Virus genome (UHGV): UHGV-0071814
Strand: one strand, 5' to 3'
Source of the DNA: a virus
DNA length: 36,915 bases
Under the pieces are notes generated by a model. It was not told the DNA's origin and did not search any database. It worked only from the letters and a program-made list of their open reading frames with translations. Below, piece after piece: positions 27,418 through 35,810 of this stretch; within the stretch, counting starts at the first letter, position 1, and each line of letters begins with the position of its first letter. The position numbers were made by a program, and so were the translations under genes.

Positions 27418-28134
27418 ATGGAAAATAAAAAATCACTGACGACAGAACAGCTCGAAGACGCTAAGCGGCTTAAGGCTTTGTATGAGTCAAAAAAGAAAGA
27501 ATTGGGAATAACCCAATACTCAATCGCTGATGAACTGGGTATCACCCAAGGAGCGGTAGGGCATTATCTTAATGGCAGAAACGCGCTAAACGTTGAGGTT
27601 GCATCTGGTTTTGCACGATTGTTGCAAGTCTCAATTGCTGATTTTAGCCAGTCAATTGCTGCCAAGGTTGCAGAACAGGCAGAAAGCCTTAAGAGCGATG
27701 CCAACGTAAGGTATGCAGGGGAATACAGAGCAGGAAAGAGGTATCCGGTGTTAAGCAGTATCCAGGCTGGCTCGTGGTGTGAAGCATGCGAACCATACAC
27801 CATTAAAGACATAGATGTTTGGCTTGAGTCTGACGCGCATATTCAAGGTAATGCGTTCTGGCTTAAAGTGGAAGGTGATTCAATGACGGCACCGGTTGGG
27901 TTAAGCATTCCAGAGGGAACATTCGTTCTTTTCGATACCGGAAGGGAGGCGATCAACGGCAGCTTGGTCATAGCAAAACTTTCTGACTCTAACGAAGCAA
28001 CATTCAAGAAGCTGATAATCGACGGCGGAAATAAATACCTCAAGGGACTTAATCCTGCATGGCCTCTCGTGCCAATCAATGGAAACTGCAAGATTATAGG
28101 CGTTGCAATTGAGACAAAACTAAGGCTGGTTTGA
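27418..28134 (+). CDS. cI: CI-type prophage repressor (HTH N-terminal domain + S24 LexA-like peptidase domain)
   Basis: 238 aa; LTTEQLEDAKRLKALYESKKKELG..., FWLKVEGDSMTAP...; homologous to lambda cI as recalled. Confidence 0.9.
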   Translation: MENKKSLTTEQLEDAKRLKALYESKKKELGITQYSIADELGITQGAVGHYLNGRNALNVEVASGFARLLQVSIADFSQSIAAKVAEQAESLKSDANVRYAGEYRAGKRYPVLSSIQAGSWCEACEPYTIKDIDVWLESDAHIQGNAFWLKVEGDSMTAPVGLSIPEGTFVLFDTGREAINGSLVIAKLSDSNEATFKKLIIDGGNKYLKGLNPAWPLVPINGNCKIIGVAIETKLRLV

Positions 28135-28151
28135 TCACGCAAGGGGCGATT

Positions 28152-28520
28152 ATGGTTGGAACCGCTATAGCAAGCTTTTTGGGGATGTTGGCAATCTCAA
28201 CAATTTACGGCTTAGCGCATGCTTTTATTGCGAAATCTCTATCAGAAAAAATAAGCCAGGCTTGGGCGCATAGATCTGCTCGTTTCATGATTCTGGTGAT
28301 CATAGCAATACAAGGGATATCTGCATTTATCCTCTATGGATCAAGCTTATACCTGTTGTATCAAGGCGCGACATTTACGCCTTACACCAGTGATTACGGA
28401 ACTCTATACGATGGTAGTGAAGACATCTCTATGGCTTGGATCGTCTTTGGTTTATCTATGGCCGTGTCTGTTGTAGCAGACATCATTAAGGTAATTCTCG
28501 TCTTAACCTTCGCTGACTAA
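28152..28520 (+). CDS. Small multi-pass membrane protein directly downstream of cI (rex-position cargo)
   Basis: ATG at 28152 with AAGGGG upstream; about 122 aa with three or four hydrophobic segments; ORF-track start 28131 is TTG. Confidence 0.55.
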   Translation: MVGTAIASFLGMLAISTIYGLAHAFIAKSLSEKISQAWAHRSARFMILVIIAIQGISAFILYGSSLYLLYQGATFTPYTSDYGTLYDGSEDISMAWIVFGLSMAVSVVADIIKVILVLTFAD

Positions 28521-28606
28521 CCTATAATCCCGGCAGCAATAGCTATCGGGATCCACTTCACATATCCCGCATAAAAAGCACTGAACAAGCAGACACCGAA
28601 AAAATA

Positions 28607-28691
28607 AATATCCTTTGTATTCATTTGCTTATCATTATTTCACCCAAAATAAATACCTTGGGTATTTACACAATAAAATACCTACAGTATT
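28607..28691. promoter_or_regulatory. OL operator region/PL: three sites with the same AATAC-N5-GTATT symmetry (28607-28621, 28652-28666, 28677-28691); candidate PL -35 TTTACA / -10 TATTCT
   Basis: Motifs identical in half-sites to OR sites. Confidence 0.55.
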
Positions 28692-28739
28692 CTTTAGCCA
28701 TCAGCAGGACGCTGGTAGCCAAACGGAACAGATTGGCAG

Positions 28740-28779
28740 GCTCTTTAACATTGATGGGATTGTCCCGCCGAAATGCGGG
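28740..28779 (+). promoter_or_regulatory. nutL: boxA GCTCTTTAA and boxB hairpin CCCGC-CGAAAT-GCGGG
   Basis: Exact counterpart of nutR elements; about 110 bp upstream of N. Confidence 0.65.
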
Positions 28780-28887
28780 AACCAAAGAGTAGTTGGCTTT
28801 GGGGTGACGTGAAGTGCAGCTGCACGACGGCAACCGGAAGATAAGCACCCGGCGCGTCACCGCCAAAGTCAATCATCGGAGGTCAAC

Positions 28888-29193
28888 ATGACAGTAGTCA
28901 TTACATATCTGGCTGATGATAACGCCAGAAATCGCCGCAGAGCACGCAGACAGGCTCAACGTGAACAGGCAATGCAAGAGCAGCGACTGGCACGAAAAAT
29001 TGCGCTAAAGCTCTCTGGTTGCGTCAGAGCAGATAAAGCAGCATCACTCGGAAGCCTTCGCTGCAAGAAGGCAGAAGAAGTCGAGCGTAAACAGAACCGT
29101 ATTTACTACCGCAAGCCACGCAGTGAAATGGGTGTGACTTGTTCAGGCCGCCAGAAGCAACGCGGAAAATCAATTCCAGCTTATTACGATTGA
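28888..29193 (+). CDS. N: Antitermination protein N
   Basis: Arg-rich motif NARNRRRARRQAQREQ near N-terminus; C-terminus ...YRKPRSEMGVTCSGRQKQRGKSIP like lambda N; AGGAGG RBS. Confidence 0.8.
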   Translation: MTVVITYLADDNARNRRRARRQAQREQAMQEQRLARKIALKLSGCVRADKAASLGSLRCKKAEEVERKQNRIYYRKPRSEMGVTCSGRQKQRGKSIPAYYD

Positions 29194-29200
29194 GGTGAGC

Positions 29201-29338
29201 CATGCTCAAGAAAGTCAAACGCCGACTTTACAAAGAAGGTAGATATTCATGCCATTTGCCAAAATGCGACACAGCAAAATGGAGTGTCGACGATTGGTGT
29301 AACTGGATAGATAGATACGGAACTTGGTGGGATAAATA
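29201..29338 (+). CDS. Small Cys-rich hypothetical protein
   Basis: 45-aa ORF MLKKVKRRLYKEGRYSCHLPKCDTAKWSVDDWCNW...; GAGGTGAG upstream; below ORF-track cutoff. Confidence 0.3.
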
Positions 29339-29393
29339 ACAGGTAACTTAAGCATATTTACTTTCGCAGCAAACCACTTATTTGAGGTGAGAT

Positions 29394-29864
29394 ATGACAA
29401 AATCATGGAGCGTACCTTTTCCTGAATCAGAAACTGAACATGATGGAATGCCTGTTTTCTGGAGATTCCAGGCGACAGTTGAAGAAGATGGAATCAAAAT
29501 ATTCGCACTTCAATATATAGCTTTTCATCAGACAGAGCATTATGCATGGTTGGTTCCTGCGCATTGGATTGTTAATTTTAAACCAACACCAAATCAGTGG
29601 TTACAGGAATGGAAACAAAGGAGAAATAGATATGCAATTAAGAAAGTAGCAAAAAATGCAGAAAGATCTTTTGCATTCCCGACGAAGAAACTTGCCATTG
29701 AAAGTTTATTGCGCCGGAAGAAATACCATTTAATGAGAATCAAACAAGATTTGGCTGTTGTATCAACTCTTGTTGATGGGATGAAGAATATTGATACATC
29801 AACACCAGATATTGAATATAACTTTGGACACAACCAAGAAACAGAAAACTGGGTGTTTTATTAG
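29394..29864 (+). CDS. Hypothetical protein, AT-rich moron downstream of N
   Basis: 156-aa ORF with low GC; followed by two hairpin terminators. Confidence 0.5.
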   Translation: MTKSWSVPFPESETEHDGMPVFWRFQATVEEDGIKIFALQYIAFHQTEHYAWLVPAHWIVNFKPTPNQWLQEWKQRRNRYAIKKVAKNAERSFAFPTKKLAIESLLRRKKYHLMRIKQDLAVVSTLVDGMKNIDTSTPDIEYNFGHNQETENWVFY

Positions 29865-29968
29865 TACGAATAAGCACTGTGTATTCATTCCAACGAGTGA
29901 ATACACGGAGCAATGTCGCTCATAACTAAACAGGAGCCGACTTGTTCTGATTATTGGAAATCTTCTTT

Positions 29969-29994
29969 GCCCTCCAGTGTGAGGGCCTTTTTAT
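29969..29994 (+). terminator. Intrinsic terminator (GCCCTC-CAGTGT-GAGGGC + CTTTTTAT)
   Basis: Read directly; a second weaker hairpin plus T-run at about 30013-30035. Confidence 0.5.
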
Positions 29995-30058
29995 ATGCAT
30001 ACCAATAACGCTTCACTCGAGGCGTTTTCGTTATGCATTCAAACAGAAGGAGCATCCT

Positions 30059-30229
30059 ATGCAACAGTTCGCTATTGCAGGGGCGGCATTGGTTCGCCCT
30101 TTCAACCCGATTTTATCGGTACAGCATTCACGAAAAAATATTTTAACCGGAGCAGACTTTAAACAACCAAGAATGAAAAGTTTGCTCGAAAAGCTTTGGG
30201 ATATTTTGAAACAACAAGGCCGTCCATGA
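30059..30229 (+). CDS. cIII: CIII-like protein (candidate FtsH inhibitor)
   Basis: 56 aa MQQFAIAGAALV...LWDILKQQGRP resembles lambda CIII (MQYAIAG...LIDILNQPG) as recalled; AGGAG RBS. Confidence 0.45.
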   Translation: MQQFAIAGAALVRPFNPILSVQHSRKNILTGADFKQPRMKSLLEKLWDILKQQGRP

Positions 30230-30384
30230 GTTTTACAGATAACTGGTCAGACGAAGAATTCATTCGTCAGATGAAAGAATTAATCGGTAACGAAGGAGAT
30301 ATTCATGTCACTTGCAACCACAGTGAAGGAGAGCAAGTTACAGAGACGCATGTACACGCAGAAAGCTCTCTGGTATCGCCATAA
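30226..30384 (+). CDS. Small acidic hypothetical protein
   Basis: ATGA overlap with preceding gene; MSFTDNWSDEEFIRQMKELIG... Confidence 0.35.
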   Translation: MSFTDNWSDEEFIRQMKELIGNEGDIHVTCNHSEGEQVTETHVHAESSLVSP

Positions 30385-30483
30385 TGGTGACCGCGAAGGA
30401 ATGCGGGTATGCCTTAATTTGTCCCGAGTCGAAGTATTAAATCAGCGTTATTTCCTTGGGCCGTGTCCATTCTGAGGTGAATT

Positions 30484-31191
30484 ATGGATTTGAATAAATT
30501 CGATGAGCCATTCAGCCCTGAAGATATCGAATGGCGAATACAGCAAAGCGGTAAAACACGCGATGGCAAAGTGTGGGCTATGGTGCTGGCTTATGTCACG
30601 AACCGGGCAATCATGAAACGCCTGGACGATGTTTGCGGCAAAGCAGGATGGCGCAATGAATACCGCGATATTCCCAACAACGGCGGCGTTGAATGCGGCA
30701 TATCAATAAAGATTGATTCCGAATGGGTAACCAAATGGGATGCTGCTGAAAACACGCAGGTAGAAGCCGTCAAAGGTGGTCGTTCCGGTGCAATGAAGCG
30801 CGCTGCCGTTCAGTGGGGAATCGGTCGGTATCTGTATAACCTTGAGGAAGGTTTCGCACAAACATCTCTCGATAAAAAGCAGGGATGGCACAGGGCAAAA
30901 CTCAAGGATGGAACAGGATTTTACTGGCTCCCTCCATCGCTGCCGGGATGGGCAATCCCAGCATCTGGCAATCAACCATCACCAGAAAATACCAACCAGA
31001 AATCTCCATCGGTTGACTGCGAGCAAATCCTGAAAGACTTCAGCGATTATGCGTCAACAGAAACTGACAAGAAAAAACTCATCGAGCGTTATCAGCATGA
31101 CTGGCAATTAATGGCTGGCAATGAGGATGCGCAGGCTAAATGCGTTCAGGTAATGAGCATCAGAGTTAACGAACTAAAACAGGCGGCATAA
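30484..31191 (+). CDS. Single-strand annealing recombinase (Rad52/Sak-type SSAP)
   Basis: 235 aa; motif ...AAVQWGIGRYLYNLEE...; immediately upstream of ssb. Confidence 0.65.
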   Translation: MDLNKFDEPFSPEDIEWRIQQSGKTRDGKVWAMVLAYVTNRAIMKRLDDVCGKAGWRNEYRDIPNNGGVECGISIKIDSEWVTKWDAAENTQVEAVKGGRSGAMKRAAVQWGIGRYLYNLEEGFAQTSLDKKQGWHRAKLKDGTGFYWLPPSLPGWAIPASGNQPSPENTNQKSPSVDCEQILKDFSDYASTETDKKKLIERYQHDWQLMAGNEDAQAKCVQVMSIRVNELKQAA

Positions 31192-31665
31192 ATGGCAAGC
31201 AGAGGCGTAAATAAGGTGATCATTATTGGTCGCCTTGGGCATGATCCAGAAATCAGATATTCACCATCAGGAACGGCATTTGCAAACCTTACAGTTGCTA
31301 CGTCAGAAAAATGGCGTGATAAGCAAACTGGAGAGCAAAAGAAGCAGACGGAGTGGCACCGCGTGGTAATGAGCGGAAAACTGGCAGAAATTGCCAGCGA
31401 ATATCTGCGAAAAGGCTCTGAGGTTTATCTTGAAGGAAAATTGCGGACAAGAAAATGGCAGGATCAAAGCGGACAGGATCGGTTCACTACCGAAGTTATC
31501 GTAGGCGTTGGTGGAACCATGCAAATGCTTGGTGGCAAGCAAGGAGGCAATGAACAGTCTTCACCTCAGCGAAATAACGGTCAGCAACAAAGACAGCAAC
31601 CTCTGCAGCAGGGAAATCACAGCGAACCACCTATGAACTTCGACGATTCGGATATTCCGTTCTAG
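31192..31665 (+). CDS. ssb: Single-stranded DNA-binding protein
   Basis: OB-fold N-terminus [27 protein letters not shown]..., Gly/Gln-rich linker, acidic tail DDSDIPF. Confidence 0.9.
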   Translation: MASRGVNKVIIIGRLGHDPEIRYSPSGTAFANLTVATSEKWRDKQTGEQKKQTEWHRVVMSGKLAEIASEYLRKGSEVYLEGKLRTRKWQDQSGQDRFTTEVIVGVGGTMQMLGGKQGGNEQSSPQRNNGQQQRQQPLQQGNHSEPPMNFDDSDIPF

Positions 31666-31674
31666 GAGCTGAAT

Positions 31675-32154
31675 ATGAAAATCTGCTCAAGATGCCATCA
31701 ACAGAAGGAAGAAAAGGACTTTCAAATCAGAAGAGCATCCAGAGATGGATTAACTGCCGCTTGCCGGGCTTGCCTGGCTGAATACGACAAAGAGCGCGCG
31801 GGATTGCCACATCGAGTATCAGCAAGGAGAGAATATCAATCATCGGAACGCGGCAGAGAACGGTGTAACGCAGCCAAAAAGCGGTTCATTCAGAGCAACC
31901 CATGGAAAAGAAAAGCCCACATCATCGTGGGTAATTTTTTGCGCGACGGTAAGCTAATCCGACCACCACAATGTGAGTGCTGCGGATCAGAATGTAAACC
32001 ACAGGCGCACCACTGCGACTACAGCAAACCAACCGATGTGATGTGGCTCTGCAAGTCATGTCATGTCGAGTGGCACAAACATAACAAACCTATCTACCCA
32101 GACGAGGAACCAGTAACTCTCCCCTTCCCTCGTCACGCTATTCACGCAATTTAA
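31675..32154 (+). CDS. Cys/His-rich protein, possible HNH-type nuclease
   Basis: 159 aa; CxxC pairs and HHCDY...CKSCH...WH. Confidence 0.45.
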   Translation: MKICSRCHQQKEEKDFQIRRASRDGLTAACRACLAEYDKERAGLPHRVSARREYQSSERGRERCNAAKKRFIQSNPWKRKAHIIVGNFLRDGKLIRPPQCECCGSECKPQAHHCDYSKPTDVMWLCKSCHVEWHKHNKPIYPDEEPVTLPFPRHAIHAI

Positions 32155-32167
32155 TCAGGAGAAAATC

Positions 32168-32464
32168 ATGCCAGCGCCTCTGTATTGTGCGGATGACGCG
32201 CGCCGCTGTTCCGGCAATTCCGTATCGGAGGTGCTGGATAAATTCAGAAAAAACTACGATCGAATAATGTCTCTACCGCAGGAAACGAAAGAGGAAAAGG
32301 AATTTCGCCACTGTATATGGCTTGCAGAGAAAGAAGAACGCGAGCGAATTTACCAGACATCAATCCGACCATTCCGCAAAGCCACATATACCCACTTCCC
32401 TGAATATATCGACCCGCGCCTGCGTAATTACCGCTCACGCTATGGCGCTATCAGTAATGACTGA
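32168..32464 (+). CDS. Hypothetical protein
   Basis: 98-aa ORF in early-left operon. Confidence 0.45.
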   Translation: MPAPLYCADDARRCSGNSVSEVLDKFRKNYDRIMSLPQETKEEKEFRHCIWLAEKEERERIYQTSIRPFRKATYTHFPEYIDPRLRNYRSRYGAISND

Positions 32465-32475
32465 GGAATTTACCA

Positions 32476-32639
32476 TGAGAGGTCTTGCATACAATCCCGG
32501 CATTCTTCCGGCAGAAATGATTATTCGCCAACGCGTAAAGCCAATGCCATCGAGAGAGGAATTGCTAAAGAGAAATTCTTTTCCGTCAGTGAATCAAAAC
32601 AAATATCTGAATGCGATGTGGCGGAGTGGGAAGAAATGA
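32476..32639 (+). CDS. Small hypothetical protein
   Basis: 54 codons with GAGGAA RBS; stop overlaps next start (ATGA). Confidence 0.3.
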
Positions 32640-33118
32640 AACAAATGTCACTAATTGAGATGGATGGATTTCTGAAAGGTAAATGCATCCCAAGTGATTT
32701 AAAGGTTAACGAAACAAACGCTGAATACCTTGTCCGTAAGTTCGGTGAACTTGAATCAAAACTGGAAACGGCGTTGCGGGAGTGTAGTTCTGCTGGAATC
32801 ACGATTGATAACCTTGAGGCTAAATGCGCGAAGATGGCTGCTGAAAATACCTCACTTAAGCAATCTGAGAAGGAATTTAATGACTTTTGTCGTGAGGAGT
32901 TTAGCGAATGGGAAGATGATGTTACTGAAACCCCAGCCACCGATGCTTTCCTGGCTGAAGTACGGGCGCAGGGGGTAGAGATGTACGCAGATAACCTCGA
33001 CAACGGAGCAGACGACGCAGAACGAGGTGGTTTTGATGATGCCGTTAAGTTTCTACGCAGTGAAGCGTCTGGTGTACGTTTGTTCGCCGACCAGCTTCGC
33101 AAAGGAGGCAACCAGTGA
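32636..33118 (+). CDS. Hypothetical acidic coiled-coil protein
   Basis: Start at ATG 32636 ([11 protein letters not shown]...) rather than ORF-track GTG 32618. Confidence 0.45.
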   Translation: MKQMSLIEMDGFLKGKCIPSDLKVNETNAEYLVRKFGELESKLETALRECSSAGITIDNLEAKCAKMAAENTSLKQSEKEFNDFCREEFSEWEDDVTETPATDAFLAEVRAQGVEMYADNLDNGADDAERGGFDDAVKFLRSEASGVRLFADQLRKGGNQ

Positions 33119-33666
33119 GCAAGATTGATTATCAGGCACTGCGTGAGGCGGCAGAACGTGCAATTTCGGCAATGGAACGCCTGTTAATGTTGCCAGTTGA
33201 TGATGATCCGATAAGCGAACAGGAACTTAAAGATTACGGTGTGGATATTGATGCGCTCAACGCCTTCAAATTTCTGGCCGGACCAGAAACCGTGCTGGCG
33301 CTGCTGGATGAACGGGAAAGAAACCAGCAATACATAAAACGCCGCGACCAGGAGAACGAGGATATTGCTCTTACTGTTGGGAAGCTGAGAGTTGAGCTTG
33401 AGGAGACAAAATCAAAACTCAACGAGCAGCGTGAGTATTACGAAGGTGTTATCTCGGATGGAAGTAAGCGCATAGCAGAGTTAGAAAGTGATTCTCAGGC
33501 ACAAAAGTTAGTTGAAGCAATCATTGTTGCGATAGAAAACGAACAGGAACGTCTTTTTGATGAAGATTACCTAATGGATTCGAAAGAATGCATTGACGTA
33601 ATTCGTGAAGAAGTAAAGCGATGGAATGATTCCCGCGCCGCTGGCATTCGCATCAAAGGAGAGTGA
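33115..33666 (+). CDS. Ead/Ea22-like protein
   Basis: N-terminus [16 protein letters not shown]... typical of Ead/Ea22 family as recalled; coiled coil. Confidence 0.5.
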   Translation: MSKIDYQALREAAERAISAMERLLMLPVDDDPISEQELKDYGVDIDALNAFKFLAGPETVLALLDERERNQQYIKRRDQENEDIALTVGKLRVELEETKSKLNEQREYYEGVISDGSKRIAELESDSQAQKLVEAIIVAIENEQERLFDEDYLMDSKECIDVIREEVKRWNDSRAAGIRIKGE

Positions 33667-33667
33667 T

Positions 33668-33865
33668 ATGGATAAAAACACTACTGCTTACTGGAGTCTG
33701 TCACTTGATACCGAATGTCCCAAATGTGGTCACAATTTCGATCTGCTTTGTGATCCAGATTTCTGGGAGTTTTCTGGAGCTAAACAGGCATGTGAAGAAA
33801 TAAAAGGTTACGAAACATGCTGTCCAGAATGTAACCATGAATTTAAAACAGATTTTGTGTATTGA
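33668..33865 (+). CDS. Small zinc-ribbon protein
   Basis: MDKNTTAYW...CPKCG...CCPECN; GGAG RBS. Confidence 0.4.
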   Translation: MDKNTTAYWSLSLDTECPKCGHNFDLLCDPDFWEFSGAKQACEEIKGYETCCPECNHEFKTDFVY

Positions 33866-33875
33866 GGCATAACAA

Positions 33876-34487
33876 ATGACCACTATTACCAGAGAACAGG
33901 CACAGAAAATTATTCAAGCAGCCGATGAGGTTATTAGTGCGCTGGCCGGAACTAATGAGGATGTTAACCCTGATAGCAATGACATGCTACGTCTGTGGGA
34001 TGACCTGAATGACCGTCACGCGCCCCCTGAAGTTGTGCGTGAGCTGGCACGAATTGCACTGGCATCACTGGGAGCAGAACCTGTAAGCCAAGCTTACAAC
34101 TTGCCAGAATTAATCGAAGGCATGGAGGTTTCCATTGATGTAAGCACTTGTGATGCGGATTTAGGTAATCGCTATTTCGGTACCGTCACCGAGGCGTTAG
34201 AACTTGATACTGCCAAGAATGGTTACATCCTCCTGGTTCAGGACGCAGAGCCAAACTTCGATGTAAATGGCAACTCTCCGGTAACTCCAGATGGTTGGAT
34301 AAGCTGTAGTGAGCGAATGCCCGCTCAAGATGATTGGATTTTAATTTATTCAAAGCACGGTGAGTATATGGCAGGACAGGGGCAAGGGGAATACGTGGAG
34401 TTGAGCGACGGCACTTTATCCTGGTTAGGGAACGCCTTGTTCTGGATGCTGCTACCAGAACCGCCGCAGGAGGTTAACCGTGGCTAA
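33876..34487 (+). CDS. DUF551-domain protein
   Basis: C-terminal WISCSERMPAQDDWILIY... fits DUF551 pattern. Confidence 0.5.
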   Translation: MTTITREQAQKIIQAADEVISALAGTNEDVNPDSNDMLRLWDDLNDRHAPPEVVRELARIALASLGAEPVSQAYNLPELIEGMEVSIDVSTCDADLGNRYFGTVTEALELDTAKNGYILLVQDAEPNFDVNGNSPVTPDGWISCSERMPAQDDWILIYSKHGEYMAGQGQGEYVELSDGTLSWLGNALFWMLLPEPPQEVNRG

Positions 34488-34764
34488 CCTGCAACTTGCC
34501 GTAAAAGGTGAATACTTCGATGCCATGATTCGCGGAGAGAAAACGGAAGAGTATCGCCTGTGTAATGACTACTGGAATAAGCGAATTATGTTCCGGGAGT
34601 ATGACCGCCTGATTATCACAAAGGGATATCCGAAGCGCGACGATTCCATCCGTAGAATTGATGTTCCGTATGATGGATATGAAATCAAGACAATCACGCA
34701 TCCCCACTTCGGCGATAAACCGGTAAAGGTGTTCGCGATAAAGGTGAATATCGGCAATGAATAA
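34480..34764 (+). CDS. ASCH/DUF3850-like protein (GTG start)
   Basis: 94 aa ...KGEYFDAMIRGEKTEEYRLCNDYW... Confidence 0.4.
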   Translation: MANLQLAVKGEYFDAMIRGEKTEEYRLCNDYWNKRIMFREYDRLIITKGYPKRDDSIRRIDVPYDGYEIKTITHPHFGDKPVKVFAIKVNIGNE

Positions 34765-34836
34765 CAATCCTCGCATTCGCGGGGATTTCTTTTATCTGAA
34801 CTCGCTACGGCGAGTTTTGTTTTATGGAGATGATAA

Positions 34837-35004
34837 ATGCACTTCCGAGTCACAGGTGAATGGAATGGAGAACCATTCAACAGAGTTATCGAAGCAGAGA
34901 ACATCAACGACTGCTATAACCACTGGATGATATGGGCGCAGATAGCGCATGCAGACGTAACCAATATTCGAATTGAAGAACTGAAAGAACACCAAACCGC
35001 CTGA
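34837..35004 (+). CDS. Small hypothetical protein
   Basis: 55-aa ORF with GGAG RBS; stop inside terminator loop. Confidence 0.3.
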   Translation: MHFRVTGEWNGEPFNRVIEAENINDCYNHWMIWAQIAHADVTNIRIEELKEHQTA

Positions 35005-35017
35005 TGGCGGTTTTTTA
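34995..35017 (+). terminator. Intrinsic terminator (AACCGCC-TGAT-GGCGGTT + TTTTTAT)
   Basis: Read directly. Confidence 0.55.
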
Positions 35018-35030
35018 TTGGAGACAAGAA

Positions 35031-35375
35031 ATGTCAGATTTGGCTATGAAGATTTTGAAATGGCAATCGACTGGCGATGTCGGCATCAGTAGCGCAACTC
35101 TTGCCTCAATCGCATGTGGTCTGAAAAAGAATATCTATGGTCATCACTTCGGCGCTCCCCATGACGCAGCAGACTTCCGGCGATGCGTTGCACTTGTTGA
35201 GCAGATTCCAGAAATCAGAGATTCATTCGACAAGGTTGCAAAGCGTGTTCCGGCATTCAAAGGCATCCTCAACGAATGGGATTCCCTCGTTGCTCTGTTG
35301 AAGTCTGAAATGAAGATACACGGAAACAAAGCACCAGAGACTTACAGAAGAATCAGCGAGCTACGCAAGGACTAA
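35031..35375 (+). CDS. Hypothetical protein
   Basis: Start at ATG 35031 (MSDLAMKILKW...) with GGAG RBS. Confidence 0.45.
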   Translation: MSDLAMKILKWQSTGDVGISSATLASIACGLKKNIYGHHFGAPHDAADFRRCVALVEQIPEIRDSFDKVAKRVPAFKGILNEWDSLVALLKSEMKIHGNKAPETYRRISELRKD

Positions 35376-35390
35376 CCCGCCTCACACTCG

Positions 35391-35810
35391 ATGAGGCCTG
35401 TACATTTCTCAAGATATCCAGACCTACCGCAATCATGTCAATCCAATAAATGGAGATTCCAGGTGGAAGAAGAAATCTTCACTCGTGAAGAAGCTGCGTC
35501 GTATCTGAAGGTAGACAAAGGCACTATCACACAGTGGATACGAAGTGGACGACTTCAGGCCGCAAAGATAAATCCAGATAAACCTAAAAGTCCATATCGC
35601 ATTTGCAAGTCAGACTGCATTGTGGCGCTTAAGTCTGTGAGACACAATAGCGCGGTGAATGCGGTTGATGTGCAGGAGGTTAAAGCATGTCAATCAAACT
35701 ACGCGGTGGCACGTGGCACTGCGATTTCGTCGCGCCAGATGGATCAAGAGTTAGACGCTCTCTTGAAACATCGGACAAAAGGCAAGCGCAAGAACTTCAC
35801 GATCGTCTAA
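35391..35810 (+). CDS. xis: Excisionase-like DNA-binding protein; start uncertain (ATG 35391 or GTG 35461); overlaps int by about 124 bp
   Basis: HTH-like segment FTREEAASYLKVDKGTITQWIRSGRLQAAKI; immediately upstream of int. Confidence 0.55.
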   Translation: MRPVHFSRYPDLPQSCQSNKWRFQVEEEIFTREEAASYLKVDKGTITQWIRSGRLQAAKINPDKPKSPYRICKSDCIVALKSVRHNSAVNAVDVQEVKACQSNYAVARGTAISSRQMDQELDALLKHRTKGKRKNFTIV

